Shown piece after piece: positions 17,260 to 27,562 of a stretch of 64,000 nucleotides of DNA. Each line of letters starts with the position of its first letter. The first letter of the stretch is position 1. The notes under the pieces are model-generated. The model had not been told where the DNA came from and did not search any database. It was given only the letters and a program-made list of their open reading frames with translations. The translations under genes were made by a program, and so were the position numbers. The stretch is from Minisyncoccota bacterium (GTDB lineage Bacteria; Patescibacteriota; Minisyncoccia; Phycocordibacterales; CAIZLB01): the NCBI GenBank assembly GCA_021734945.1, contig JAIPIA010000003.1, forward strand, positions 28,895-92,894, read 5' to 3'.

Positions 17260-19431
17260 TTATCTCACCTCCCACCCTACCTGAGCAGCTAAGACATCGG
17301 TTATCGATTTCATTGCACCACTCACTTCTTCTTCAGTAAGAGTTCGCTCTGTAGACTGAAATACAAGTCTATATGCATATGAAGTCTTTACAGGCTCCCC
17401 TTCTTTTCTTTTTGTGAATACATCAAACAAAGTTGTTTTAACTAAGAGCTTTTTCTGTTCATCATTAAGTGAACCTACTATCACATTTAAAACATCTGCG
17501 TCAGCGTGCCGTTCGCCTGGTACAAAGACCGCTATATCTCGCGCTGAAAATGGATACTGCGAAATTGGTTTAAATCTAAGTGATGGTTTTTCAGACCCTT
17601 CATTTCCAACCAAATGTGCAGATTCACAATAAGTTCCCATATCAGCGTCAGAAGATGTTTCTGTTTGAGAATCTATTAATCCATCAATATCAAACTCAAC
17701 CACATATCCAGAACACGGAGTTTGAGCATCACCATTCAATTCAATAAATCGCATTTCAGGAACAGATGAAGCGCCGACTGTTTCTATAATATAATGTGCG
17801 ATTGCAGAAAGTTCCGTCTTTGGGTCATGACCTTTTGGCTGTTTTGATCGAGCGATACCAAATGCCACAGTATGCTTCTCACAAAAACCAGCTGGAGATT
17901 TTTCATCTTGTACGCCGAAATTCATACCAAACACTTTTCCAATTTCAAACATACGTATTTCTTTAAGACCAAGTAAGTCAGCATTTTTTATATTTGAAAG
18001 AAACTTCTTTGAAAAACCATACGAAATAGAATCACGCATTCGAGAACGCTCAGAAGTAAGAGGATTTTGGACCTCCATAGTCCCCTCATCAGTTAGTGAA
18101 TATGTATATACTTCAGAAAAACCAATATCCGCGAGAGTCTTTCGAATTACATTATGGTAATAATAATTTTTTAGAATAACTCTGTCTGATTCAGAGCTTG
18201 GTGTTACACCTTTCACTTTGTCATACCCATATATTCGTCCAATGTCATCAATAATATCTTCTGTAATAGTTATATCTCTTCGATATGGTGGAATGGCAAT
18301 CAAAAACTCGACATCTGTTTTAGGTTCAGTATCTTTTGTTTCCAAATTTTCTGCATCGCTTGCGTCTACAACAAAACCACATCTAGTCAGAATCTGTTCA
18401 ATTGTTTTTGAATCAATAGCCGTCCCGAGCCGTTCAACAATATCTTGTAACCAAACTGAAATATTTTTCTGTGGCTGAGGATTTGGATATATGTCAATCA
18501 CCTGCCCAACTCGAACAGATGAATCAAGCTTCTTTATATATGAAGTAAGAAGTGATTCTGCAAGACCTGCTCTTTCTGGAGTAATAGCATTCTCAAAACG
18601 CTTTGATGCGTCTGTACGTACACCTGTCTTTTGAGCAGCCTTTCGTACAAGTACAGGATTAAAGCATGCCGCACTTGTCATTACGCGCTTAGTATTTGTA
18701 TCAAGCTCTGCCTTCTTTCCACCCTTTATTCCCGCGATATCAAGAGGACCCTCATCATCTGCAATAACCATAATAGATGCATCCAGTTGAATGACTTTAT
18801 TATCAAGTGTTGTCACTGTTTCACCCACTCGAGCTCGTCGAATAACAACGTCACCTTTAACTTTGTCTGCATCAAACACATGGAGAGGCTGACCTGTTTC
18901 CATCATAAAATAGTTTGTAAGATCAACAATTGCATTTATCGAACGCTGCCCTAGTACTTCAAGCTTGTTTTTGAGCCAATCCGGAGAACTCGCAACCGTA
19001 ACATTTTCAATAACACGAGTTACATATCTCTCCGCAAGTGGAGCAATCTCTCCTTCAGTGTCACCTACTGCGTCACCTGTGGTTGAAACATTATCAATAC
19101 TCTTATTTTCCTCAATGGAAACATTAAAAACATACTCCGTTTCTTCGACATCAAATTCTTCAACTTCAGGCACAACATATTCATATCCCAAAAGTGCACC
19201 AATTTCCTGTGCTATATACCTATGCGATAAACAATATGCCGCTCTGTCTGGCAAAACCTTTACATCAAGTACAGTGTCCTCTATAGAACCATCAATACTG
19301 TCAGCAGTCTTTGTGCGTTTTTCAACAGCCTCAATTTCAAAAACCCCCATCGTAATGATGTCTGCAAGTTTTTCCGGTTCAGGAAGTTTTTCTTTGAAAT
19401 ATGTTTGAAGCCAATTGTAAGATACGAGCAT
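17260..19431 (-). CDS. pheT: Phenylalanine--tRNA ligase beta subunit (lacks the B2 OB domain)
   Basis: MLVSYNWL, PDRAAYCLSH, B3/4 GQPLHVFD, B5 PPYRRDI, C-terminal FDX-ACB (RDIA...FQSTERTLT). Confidence 0.95.
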   Translation of the reverse strand: MLVSYNWLQTYFKEKLPEPEKLADIITMGVFEIEAVEKRTKTADSIDGSIEDTVLDVKVLPDRAAYCLSHRYIAQEIGALLGYEYVVPEVEEFDVEETEYVFNVSIEENKSIDNVSTTGDAVGDTEGEIAPLAERYVTRVIENVTVASSPDWLKNKLEVLGQRSINAIVDLTNYFMMETGQPLHVFDADKVKGDVVIRRARVGETVTTLDNKVIQLDASIMVIADDEGPLDIAGIKGGKKAELDTNTKRVMTSAACFNPVLVRKAAQKTGVRTDASKRFENAITPERAGLAESLLTSYIKKLDSSVRVGQVIDIYPNPQPQKNISVWLQDIVERLGTAIDSKTIEQILTRCGFVVDASDAENLETKDTEPKTDVEFLIAIPPYRRDITITEDIIDDIGRIYGYDKVKGVTPSSESDRVILKNYYYHNVIRKTLADIGFSEVYTYSLTDEGTMEVQNPLTSERSRMRDSISYGFSKKFLSNIKNADLLGLKEIRMFEIGKVFGMNFGVQDEKSPAGFCEKHTVAFGIARSKQPKGHDPKTELSAIAHYIIETVGASSVPEMRFIELNGDAQTPCSGYVVEFDIDGLIDSQTETSSDADMGTYCESAHLVGNEGSEKPSLRFKPISQYPFSARDIAVFVPGERHADADVLNVIVGSLNDEQKKLLVKTTLFDVFTKRKEGEPVKTSYAYRLVFQSTERTLTEEEVSGAMKSITDVLAAQVGWEVR

Positions 19432-19523
19432 GTTTTTATTATTTCTAAAATTTCTATAAAGTTTGGATAAAATTTTCCTGACTATTCAATAAATTTTCTA
19501 CATTCATATAAATTTCTATGAAC

Positions 19524-20270
19524 TTAGAACTGATTTACAAGCCTCAGATCTCCACTATACAAATGTCGAATGTCATCGATACCATACTTGAGCATTACAA
19601 GTCGATCGAGACCCATTCCGAATGCAAATGCCTGCCACTCTTTTGGATCAAGACCAGCGTTTTGCAAAACCTCAGGATGAGTTAGACCTCCTCCAAGTAT
19701 TTCAAGCCACTTATCTTTCCATCGCACATCTATCTCAACACCAGGTTCTACGAATGAAAAATAGCTTGGTCGAAAACGAATTTCCGCTTCAGGTCCAAAG
19801 AATTCTTTTGCAAAAAATTCAAGCGTACCTTTTAAATCTGCCATTGAAACTTTTTTTGCAACCATCATTCCCTCTATTTGAAAAAACTCTGCTTCATGAG
19901 TTGCATCAGTCGCTTCATTTCTAAAAACTTTTCCTGGAACAATAATTTTGAAAGGAGGTTTATGTGATTCTGTGTATCGAACCTGTACACCAGACGTATG
20001 AGTACGTGGAACAAGTCTTTCACCTTTTGAACCTACATCACGCATCCAAAAAGTATCCTGCATATCTCTTGATGGATGATCCTTTGGAGTACGAAGTGCA
20101 TCAAAGTTATAAAACTCTGTTTCAATCTGAGGTCCCTCAGCAACAGCAAAACCCATTTTTGCAAAAATGTTTTGAATTTCTTGAATTACTTGTGTAATTG
20201 GATGGATATGACCCATCGGAACATCGCCTTTTAGGCTCTCTAGGGTATTTATTTCAGAATCATTAGACAT
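19524..20270 (-). CDS. pheS: Phenylalanine--tRNA ligase alpha subunit (N-terminally short)
   Basis: GHIHPI, HPSRDMQDTF, RTHTS, FRPSYFSFVEP, AFGMGLDRL. Confidence 0.97.
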   Translation of the reverse strand: MSNDSEINTLESLKGDVPMGHIHPITQVIQEIQNIFAKMGFAVAEGPQIETEFYNFDALRTPKDHPSRDMQDTFWMRDVGSKGERLVPRTHTSGVQVRYTESHKPPFKIIVPGKVFRNEATDATHEAEFFQIEGMMVAKKVSMADLKGTLEFFAKEFFGPEAEIRFRPSYFSFVEPGVEIDVRWKDKWLEILGGGLTHPEVLQNAGLDPKEWQAFAFGMGLDRLVMLKYGIDDIRHLYSGDLRLVNQF

Positions 20271-20406
20271 GTCTCAAAGTATAGCTGAAAATTGAAAAAA
20301 GCCCAAAATACTGTATATTAGTACTTATACACGACATCCTGTGGCAACATATAGCCAAACCGCGACAACTAGAAAAATATCTCTATCCAACACACATTCA
20401 CCCTAA

Positions 20407-21645
20407 ATGGACCTCTTCTTCACCAGCTTTCTATATACATTCTTGTTTGTAGTCCTCTACTTTCAAGTCTTTTTGATTCTGACTTTATTGGAGAATAAAG
20501 AAAATCTCGACATAACTGGTGGCCATACTCTCGAAAGAAAACCAAGCGTTACTATAATTGTACCTATTTTCAATGAGGAAAAGACAGTAGTTAAGACAGT
20601 ACTCTCCCTACTTGATCTCAATTATCCAAAAGACAAGCTTTTTGTGATGGTTGTAGATGACGGATCAAAAGACAATAGTTGGAATGTCGTACAGCAGTTC
20701 GCTGGTAACCCACAAGTACTTCTTCATAAGAAAGAAAATGGAGGAAAGTACACTGCGCTCAACTACGCTATTGAACATGCAACAAGTGAACTAATCGGAT
20801 GTCTTGATGCTGACTCATTTGTAGACAGTGAAGCTCTTATTCATATGATGCCTTATTTTGATAATCCAGAAGTAGCAGCTGTTACTCCATCACTCAAGAT
20901 TCAGGACCCTGATAGTATTTTAGGTATGGTTCAAAGTGCCGAATATTCTATGGGTGTATTTACGAGAAAGATCCTCGGACTACTTGATGCACAGTATGTA
21001 ACGCCTGGGCCATTCTCAATTTTCCGAAGAGAAGTATTTAGCAAAGTCGGAATGTATAAGCATGCTCACAATACTGAAGATCTCGAGATGGCTCTACGAC
21101 TACAGGATCATCACTACAAAATTACAAATGCTCACAAAGCGGTCGTGTACACAGTAGGACCTCGAACTCTCTACAAACTTTACAAGCAAAGAGTTCGATG
21201 GACAGGAGGATTTATTCAAAACACCATTGACTACAAGAAGATGATTTTGAATCCAAAGTATGGAAACCTCGGAGTGCTTATCCTTCCCCTTGCAATGTAT
21301 AGTATCGCCGGATCAATGATTTTCTTGTGTTACAACGTATATACCTTTGCATCAAATATGATAAGAGAAATCGAACGACTTAACTTAGTTGGATTTAGTT
21401 GGGATTTCCACGCCTTCACCCTAGAATGGTATTTTTATAATCTACAAACAACGTTCTTCCTTGGGATATTTGCTATCGGGGTCGTCTTGTTTGCAATTTG
21501 GTATGGTAAAAAATTGACAGGCATCAAAGACAAGAACTCATTTGACTTCGTGTACTTCCTCCTTATATATTCACTTATATCACCTCTTTGGCTCGTCACC
21601 TCGGTGTATAATACGGTCATAAAAAGAGACGCAGCATGGAGATAA
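20407..21645 (+). CDS. Processive GT2 glycosyltransferase (IcaA/PgaC/cellulose-synthase-like)
   Basis: DDGS, DAD, TED and QRVRW motifs; flanking TM segments. Confidence 0.9.
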   Translation: MDLFFTSFLYTFLFVVLYFQVFLILTLLENKENLDITGGHTLERKPSVTIIVPIFNEEKTVVKTVLSLLDLNYPKDKLFVMVVDDGSKDNSWNVVQQFAGNPQVLLHKKENGGKYTALNYAIEHATSELIGCLDADSFVDSEALIHMMPYFDNPEVAAVTPSLKIQDPDSILGMVQSAEYSMGVFTRKILGLLDAQYVTPGPFSIFRREVFSKVGMYKHAHNTEDLEMALRLQDHHYKITNAHKAVVYTVGPRTLYKLYKQRVRWTGGFIQNTIDYKKMILNPKYGNLGVLILPLAMYSIAGSMIFLCYNVYTFASNMIREIERLNLVGFSWDFHAFTLEWYFYNLQTTFFLGIFAIGVVLFAIWYGKKLTGIKDKNSFDFVYFLLIYSLISPLWLVTSVYNTVIKRDAAWR

Positions 21646-21725
21646 ATTTGAATACAGTAGTCGCAATATAACCGCTACAAATTTACAAAAAAAATAAACT
21701 TATAAGCACAACTAACCAAAAAAAT

Positions 21726-22466
21726 ATGAGACAACCAATAGATAGAAACAAATACATTATTACATTCATTATCACAGCTATTATTTTTGCTGGTATGCTT
21801 TATGTAAACAACATCCTCGACCAAAAGCGTTTTGGTGATACTAAAGCTATTCAAGATCAGATTTCTCTCGACCTCCTCTCATCAGAGACCCAATTTAACC
21901 TACTCAAGGAGACATCATGCAAGAACGTAGATGGATCTATACTTTCCAAGGAACTCAATTCTCTCGCAACAAAACTAACCTATCTTGAAGCCAACGACTC
22001 CGGTAGCAAGAGCGCAGAACTTATTTATTTGAAAAAATACTACTCACTACTTGAAATCAAAGACTCATTGTTGATGAAGCAGCTCAGTCAAAAATGTAGT
22101 TCAAATCCAATTTCTGTCCTTTATTTCTATGGGGACAAAAAAGACTGCCCTGCATGTGAAGATATGAGCTATGTACTCACTCATCTTCGTGAGCAGTATC
22201 CCGAATTACGTATTTATTCATTTGATACAAACCTAAATCTTTCTGCAATTGATACTCTTAAATCAATATACAAAATAGATGAGAGAAAACTGCCCGCTAT
22301 TGTATATAATGACGATTCTTATACTGGATTTAAATCAATTGAAGAGATGAAAAATATTATTCCTGATTTAAAAAAGTTAGACAAAATTCAAGAGGACAAG
22401 AAAGCAGCTGAAGCTAAGACAAAAACAAACGGAGACAAAGCTACTACTTCTGGAGGAGCGCTATAA
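21726..22466 (+). CDS. Membrane-anchored protein with a thioredoxin-like CxxC domain
   Basis: N-terminal TM; LYFY...CPAC...YSFD...LPAIV. Confidence 0.6.
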   Translation: MRQPIDRNKYIITFIITAIIFAGMLYVNNILDQKRFGDTKAIQDQISLDLLSSETQFNLLKETSCKNVDGSILSKELNSLATKLTYLEANDSGSKSAELIYLKKYYSLLEIKDSLLMKQLSQKCSSNPISVLYFYGDKKDCPACEDMSYVLTHLREQYPELRIYSFDTNLNLSAIDTLKSIYKIDERKLPAIVYNDDSYTGFKSIEEMKNIIPDLKKLDKIQEDKKAAEAKTKTNGDKATTSGGAL

Positions 22467-22542
22467 ACCTAAAGACAAACTGATAGATTTTAAGATTTTC
22501 CATTACTTATTTCTAGGTCATATCCTATGATATAATTTTGGA

Positions 22543-24450
22543 ATGCAAATCTATTCTAAAAAATCAAAATCCTTATTATTTATACTTCCAGCGAGTATAT
22601 TATGCGCGCTTATTTTTTGCGTAAAAACAAACCATTTGGATGCAGCCACTCTAAAGGTTTCTGATATACCTACTGCTTTTAATTTTTCAAAAAATTTGAA
22701 GCAGGGCGACTCAATAAATCCTGACGTCGCTTACCTACAGTTTATACTTGACCAAAGTGGAGATACTCAAGTAGCTGCCTCAGGACCAGGGTCTCTCGAT
22801 GATATAACCAATTATTTTGGTTCAAAGACAAAGCTTGCCGTTATGAATTTTCAAGAAAAATTTAGAAATGACATCCTTACTCCAGCAAATATTCCTAAAC
22901 CTACAGGTTTTGTAGGAGAAAGAACTCGTGCAAAGCTTAATCAGATTCTTGGTATTTTATTGAGCGGATCATACTCTGAATCAAATATCTTTGCTCCTCT
23001 ACCTGACGCTGTTTCTTCTTCAGGCATCTCAAACCAATCAAATGCATATACATCAAACCTCTCAAACTCTACTGCGAGTGGAGTAGTTAACACATCTACT
23101 AGTTCGACTGTAAATCCAGCAAATTTACCGCTTATTAGTAGCTTTTCTACATTCAAAGCAATAAGTGGACAATTTATGAGTCTTTTTGGAGCACAGTTCC
23201 ACCCAACAAAAAATACAGTTTATTTGGGTTCAGAGAATATTGGAGTATATCCATCGCTAGACAATGGAACTAAAATCACTTTTAAAGTGCCTCCTACGCT
23301 TGAGACAGGCTCATACGAGGCTGGTGTAGCAAACACATATGGAACAACGTCTACAGGCTACATGTATTTAAATGTGACTAAACCAGAGATCTCTTCTACT
23401 ACTCCTATTATCAGCTTTACGCCTTCACTCACTACTATTTATCCAAACACATCAAAAAATCTTAATGACCTTGTGTTTCTGTATGGTGAGAATTTTTCAT
23501 TTAACAACACTCTTGAAACAAATTTGGGTAATACTGTAGTTCGCTCTACTGACAGAAAAACTTTATCATTTTTGATTGGAGAGTTGCCGTACTATATGGA
23601 TGCTTTTAAAAAATACAAAAACCAATCTATAAATGTATTGATCAAACTTCGAAATGAAAATGGTCTCAGTAAAGAGCAACTCGTACATGTAATTAACTTC
23701 CCTAATTCAGGTACACCTACTGTAAACACATCTCTCCAGGCAGCCCCTCCATCATTTGATACTTCAAGCACAACAGATGACGCCTACGAGACAGCCTACA
23801 GACGGCAGGCGGAGTCCACAGCAGCGACAAACAATTCTACAGCCTCTAGCAGTGGCAGTGGATCAGGTTCAAGTGGCGACTCAGGTGAAAGTAGTGGAAG
23901 CTCTCTAATGGGGGGAATGTCTGACCCCAGCTCAATGCTAGATAGTGCCAAACCTCCAGCTGATCCCCTCCTCGAACAACTAAGAGAAGTGAGTCCTGTA
24001 CATAAATTCATAACTGATCCACTTGTAAAGGGCGGTAGTAACCCCTTAAGTAGCCTTACAGGAGGGGGCTCAAGTTCAGGTGGTGGTGCAGCACTTGGAG
24101 GTGCAGGTGGTGGAAGTGGAGGCTCATCAGGTGGAAGTAGCATGACAGATTTTGGGGGTACAATCACTCAAGCAACGGTTTGTACCTGTAGTATAGGTTT
24201 ACCAACACTACTATCTATAAGAGATGTCCGAGGTAACACTATTCAAGCGATGTATCAGCCTGGTCTTTCTTCATTAAAAGAAAACTACAATATTTGGACT
24301 CCAAATGTAAGTACACTAGGTGGAATGTATTCTGGTGGACAGTCCTGTCAGGTTGGAGTAAGTCCGTACTGTAGCAGTCAAGGAACTGCTCAGTATACTA
24401 TCGACTTCATCAGAGGAATTGGAACAAGTCTTGTGCCAGCAGGAAAATAA
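22543..24450 (+). CDS. Secreted peptidoglycan-binding protein with IPT/TIG-like domains, Gly/Ser linker and Cys-containing C-terminal domain
   Basis: LKQGD...VAYLQ...YFGSKTKLAVMNFQ...GFVGERTRAKLN PG-binding motif; G-F-N Ig-like units; FGGTI...CTCS tail. Confidence 0.75.
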   Translation: MQIYSKKSKSLLFILPASILCALIFCVKTNHLDAATLKVSDIPTAFNFSKNLKQGDSINPDVAYLQFILDQSGDTQVAASGPGSLDDITNYFGSKTKLAVMNFQEKFRNDILTPANIPKPTGFVGERTRAKLNQILGILLSGSYSESNIFAPLPDAVSSSGISNQSNAYTSNLSNSTASGVVNTSTSSTVNPANLPLISSFSTFKAISGQFMSLFGAQFHPTKNTVYLGSENIGVYPSLDNGTKITFKVPPTLETGSYEAGVANTYGTTSTGYMYLNVTKPEISSTTPIISFTPSLTTIYPNTSKNLNDLVFLYGENFSFNNTLETNLGNTVVRSTDRKTLSFLIGELPYYMDAFKKYKNQSINVLIKLRNENGLSKEQLVHVINFPNSGTPTVNTSLQAAPPSFDTSSTTDDAYETAYRRQAESTAATNNSTASSSGSGSGSSGDSGESSGSSLMGGMSDPSSMLDSAKPPADPLLEQLREVSPVHKFITDPLVKGGSNPLSSLTGGGSSSGGGAALGGAGGGSGGSSGGSSMTDFGGTITQATVCTCSIGLPTLLSIRDVRGNTIQAMYQPGLSSLKENYNIWTPNVSTLGGMYSGGQSCQVGVSPYCSSQGTAQYTIDFIRGIGTSLVPAGK

Positions 24451-24469
24451 AATAGAAAATAGAGTCACA

Positions 24470-24506
24470 ATAAAAAAACAGCACCGACTAGGATGCTGTT
24501 TTTTTA
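24470..24506. terminator. Bidirectional terminator
   Basis: AAAAAAACAGCA...TGCTGTTTTTTT between a CDS and the convergent tRNA. Confidence 0.75.
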
Positions 24507-24510
24507 TGTT

Positions 24511-24586
24511 TGGAGCCGCCTCCCAGATTCGAACTGGGGACCTACTGTTTACAAAACAGTTGCTCTACCAGCTGAGCTAAGGCGGC
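24511..24586 (-). tRNA. tRNA-Thr(TGT)
   Basis: GCCGCCT acceptor stem, TAGCTCAGCTGGTAGAGC D arm, ACTGT-TTTGTAA-ACAGT anticodon arm, TTCGAAT T loop, CCA encoded. Confidence 0.97.
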
Positions 24587-24712
24587 ATATGTACTAACTG
24601 GTACCGAAGAGTTTATCAAAAATATTTCATCTTGTAAACGGCTTTTTTACTTGATTTTACAACGTACTTATTGTCCTACTTTAGTTAAGTTTTATAATAA
24701 ATCTGAGCAAAA

Positions 24713-25087
24713 TTAGAGTGAACCCTGCTTCTTGCTGTCTTCTATGTTTTTTAAGAAAAATGAAACTGATCCACGATTTTTAGGAATGTCCCTACCTGTA
24801 ACTACATCACCTACTATAGAAAATTTGTGGCTCAATCTGTGAAAAACGTTCATTATGTGCTTTTCGAGTTCCACCATAGATCGACGTAAAGTATGTTTAC
24901 TATTAATAGGGTGCACATGATAGAGCTTATCCTTACTACCCTGCCAAAACAGTCGGAGAGCATAATCTGCATTTGAAGAACCCACCTTAAGTAACGACTT
25001 ACCTGTTTTAAGCTCTCTCTGCTTGTTTGCGAGTATTGAGACGAGACACACAAGTGAAGCAACGAGTATTGTTATTAGAGTGATCAT
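24713..25087 (-). CDS. Hypothetical membrane-anchored protein
   Basis: N-terminal TM, C-terminal SVSFFLKNI; TATAAT 8 nt upstream of the ATG. Confidence 0.65.
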   Translation of the reverse strand: MITLITILVASLVCLVSILANKQRELKTGKSLLKVGSSNADYALRLFWQGSKDKLYHVHPINSKHTLRRSMVELEKHIMNVFHRLSHKFSIVGDVVTGRDIPKNRGSVSFFLKNIEDSKKQGSL

Positions 25088-25102
25088 ATTTATATATTAT
25101 AC

Positions 25103-25142
25103 AACTAAGTGCATAAGTATGGGATTACTTATGCACTTAGTT
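25103..25142 (-). terminator. 17-bp perfect inverted repeat after tsf
   Basis: AACTAAGTGCATAAGTA-tgggat-TACTTATGCACTTAGTT. Confidence 0.7.
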
Positions 25143-25147
25143 AGTTA

Positions 25148-25741
25148 TTACTTTCCTACTGCCATTCGCTTGAATCCTGCAACTTCAATTCTTTCACCAA
25201 ATTTCTGGATAGCATTATCAAGTAGCTGCTGAATTGTAAGATCTGGATTCTTGATAAATGGCTGTTCAAGAAGGATTTTATCCTTAAAATAGGCTTCGAG
25301 TTTACCAGCAAGAATCTGTTCTTTTAGATTTTCTGGCTTGCCTTCTACTTCAGCCTGGAACACTTCCATTGCCTTAGTCTTTATAGCATCATTAATCTCA
25401 TCTTTCTTGATAAAATCAGGATTTGTAGCTGAAACATGCATAGCTATGTCGTATGCGAGAGCTTTGAACTCAGCATTGTTCGACACGAAGTCAGTTTCTG
25501 AAACAAGTTCAACGAGAGCTCCTACAGCACCATTTGCATGAATGTATGCTGATACTGCACCTGCACCGAACTCTCGATCTCCTTTCTTTGCAGCAATCTC
25601 AGCACCTTTCTTTCGGAGAAGAATCATCGCCTTCTCTTCATCACCAGCTGCCTCTTCTAGAGCTTTTTTACACTGCATAACAGAGATACCTGTTTTTTCT
25701 CGTAATGCTTTTATTTGTTCCATTGAAATTTCTGATGCCAT
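25148..25741 (-). CDS. tsf: Elongation factor Ts (short form)
   Basis: IKALREKTG...CKKAL, ETDFV, LLEQPFIK; follows rpsB. Confidence 0.96.
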   Translation of the reverse strand: MASEISMEQIKALREKTGISVMQCKKALEEAAGDEEKAMILLRKKGAEIAAKKGDREFGAGAVSAYIHANGAVGALVELVSETDFVSNNAEFKALAYDIAMHVSATNPDFIKKDEINDAIKTKAMEVFQAEVEGKPENLKEQILAGKLEAYFKDKILLEQPFIKNPDLTIQQLLDNAIQKFGERIEVAGFKRMAVGK

Positions 25742-25827
25742 ATATATTTTTTATTATTTGAATAGTATATCAAATTATTAAGACTAACTAAAGCAAAAAG
25801 CACCCATGAAAAGTGCTTTGAATTTGC

Positions 25828-26580
25828 TTATTTTACTTCAACTTTTGAATCTGTCTTGAGTGAAGCTTGGAGTTTTTTACCTTCTGCATACGCTGCTGAA
25901 ATCTTGTCTGAAATAAATGCAACACTATCAATAGATGCATCATTTGCAACAACAGGATATGTAATGTTTGATACGTCACAATCTGATCCAGCGAGAGCTA
26001 CGATTGGGATGTTTCTCTGAACCGCCTCAGCTACTGCGATATGTTCCTTCTTTGGGTCTACTATGAAAATAGCACCAGGAATATGATTCATAGAAGTGAT
26101 ACCACCAAAAAGATCATTTAGCTTTTCGATATCTCGATCAATCATAAGTCGCTCCTTCTTTGTGTATTTTGTAAGTTCGTTCTTTTCTTTTTTAGATGTA
26201 AGGTCAAGAAGTTTCTCTACTCGTTTTCGAATAACTTCAAAGTTTGTGAAAGTACCACCAATCCATCGTCCTGCAACGTAAGGCTGCGCGATCCGGTCTG
26301 CTGCTTCTTTTACAGCCTGTCGAGCCTCACTCTTACTACCAATAAATACTACCTGCTTTCCAGAAGCTGCAATCTTTTTTACGAATTCGATAGCTGCTTC
26401 AAGCTGTGCTGAAGTTTTTTCGAGATCGAAGATTTCGATACGGTTTTTAACACCGAAAATAAATGGCTTAGTTGTTGGATGTCGTCGTGATTTTATAAAA
26501 CCATAGTGAGCGCCTACTTTGAACATAGCCTCAACCAATGGGGATTTGTTTTGTGTATCTTTTTCTGTGGTAACTTTCAT
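25828..26580 (-). CDS. rpsB: 30S ribosomal protein S2
   Basis: GAHYG, RWIGGTFTN, ANDASI. Confidence 0.97.
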   Translation of the reverse strand: MKVTTEKDTQNKSPLVEAMFKVGAHYGFIKSRRHPTTKPFIFGVKNRIEIFDLEKTSAQLEAAIEFVKKIAASGKQVVFIGSKSEARQAVKEAADRIAQPYVAGRWIGGTFTNFEVIRKRVEKLLDLTSKKEKNELTKYTKKERLMIDRDIEKLNDLFGGITSMNHIPGAIFIVDPKKEHIAVAEAVQRNIPIVALAGSDCDVSNITYPVVANDASIDSVAFISDKISAAYAEGKKLQASLKTDSKVEVK

Positions 26581-26645
26581 ATGTGAATACGATACTATCA
26601 CAGGAGAGGTCCTCTTGCAACACTCAGAAGGGGCTCAAAAGTGGC

Positions 26646-27194
26646 CTATTTCTGGTTTACTGATATACAAACCGAGGACCCAACTGGAGTGTCTACATCA
26701 GAGTAGAGGGTCTGAAATAGCCCTGAATCAGAAGCTTGCGTTGTAGGGGTAAAGTAAATAACATAATCCTGATTACTATTTGTATCACCACACCATAGCC
26801 GTAGAGACGAAACACCTGTCGAATTTAGATAATAGTAAACATGACCTATACCTCCAATCACTGAAGGCGATTCACTAGGGCTCTGTTTTATATAGCCTGA
26901 TAATGGACCATCACTGTTGATAAGGGTTGAGATGTTGGTCGCAGCTTCAGGTGTACCAGGGTACTGACCACTATGTGACTGTCTATAAAGCTCTAGGGCA
27001 TTAGAAACGGACCTATAATCACCCAAAATTCTTGCAATCTCCCCTCTTGTTCTTGATACTCCGAGTGCAGTAATAACTATAGATGAAAGTAACCCAATAA
27101 TCGCAATAACTACGATAAGCTCAATCAATGTAAAACCTTTGGTATCAGTCTTTATTTTATGTTTAGTCTTATATAGTTTATTAAATATATTCAT
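26646..27194 (-). CDS. Type IV pilin-like protein
   Basis: Prepilin motif KG|FTLIELIVVIAII; C-terminal Cys pair. Confidence 0.9.
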   Translation of the reverse strand: MNIFNKLYKTKHKIKTDTKGFTLIELIVVIAIIGLLSSIVITALGVSRTRGEIARILGDYRSVSNALELYRQSHSGQYPGTPEAATNISTLINSDGPLSGYIKQSPSESPSVIGGIGHVYYYLNSTGVSSLRLWCGDTNSNQDYVIYFTPTTQASDSGLFQTLYSDVDTPVGSSVCISVNQK

Positions 27195-27205
27195 AGTATT
27201 TAAAA

Positions 27206-27499
27206 TTACTGTTTATTGTTTCTATACGGCAAACTACTAATATAAGCATCTCTTTCATCTTCTGGTATCAATCTCATCCGAACCTCTGTCAAATCTTCAA
27301 AATAAACAACGTCTTTCGTCTGTGGTGGATTTAAAAATTTTGGAAGCATAAAAGAAGCAGCGATACACACCAAAGCAAAAAATAACATCATTATTTGATT
27401 CAATAGAGAAGATTTCTCCTGCACTTTTTTCTCATACTGCGCAGCTTGAGTATTCTCGGTATTAAAACTAACATTTTCTTCTTCAAATTCGACTGCCAT
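27206..27499 (-). CDS. Small single-TM hypothetical protein upstream of the pilin
   Basis: Acidic N-terminus, one TM, 11 nt from the pilin start. Confidence 0.7.
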   Translation of the reverse strand: MAVEFEEENVSFNTENTQAAQYEKKVQEKSSLLNQIMMLFFALVCIAASFMLPKFLNPPQTKDVVYFEDLTEVRMRLIPEDERDAYISSLPYRNNKQ

Positions 27500-27562
27500 A
27501 TTAATTTACATAATAACACATTAAATACTCAGAAATGAAATACTTTCAAAACCTAATGTGGA

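Noticed and set aside
19436-19522. AATTTCTA resemblance to Cas12a CRISPR repeats
   Set aside because: The units are too short and irregular, the gaps are not spacer-length, and no cas genes are present.
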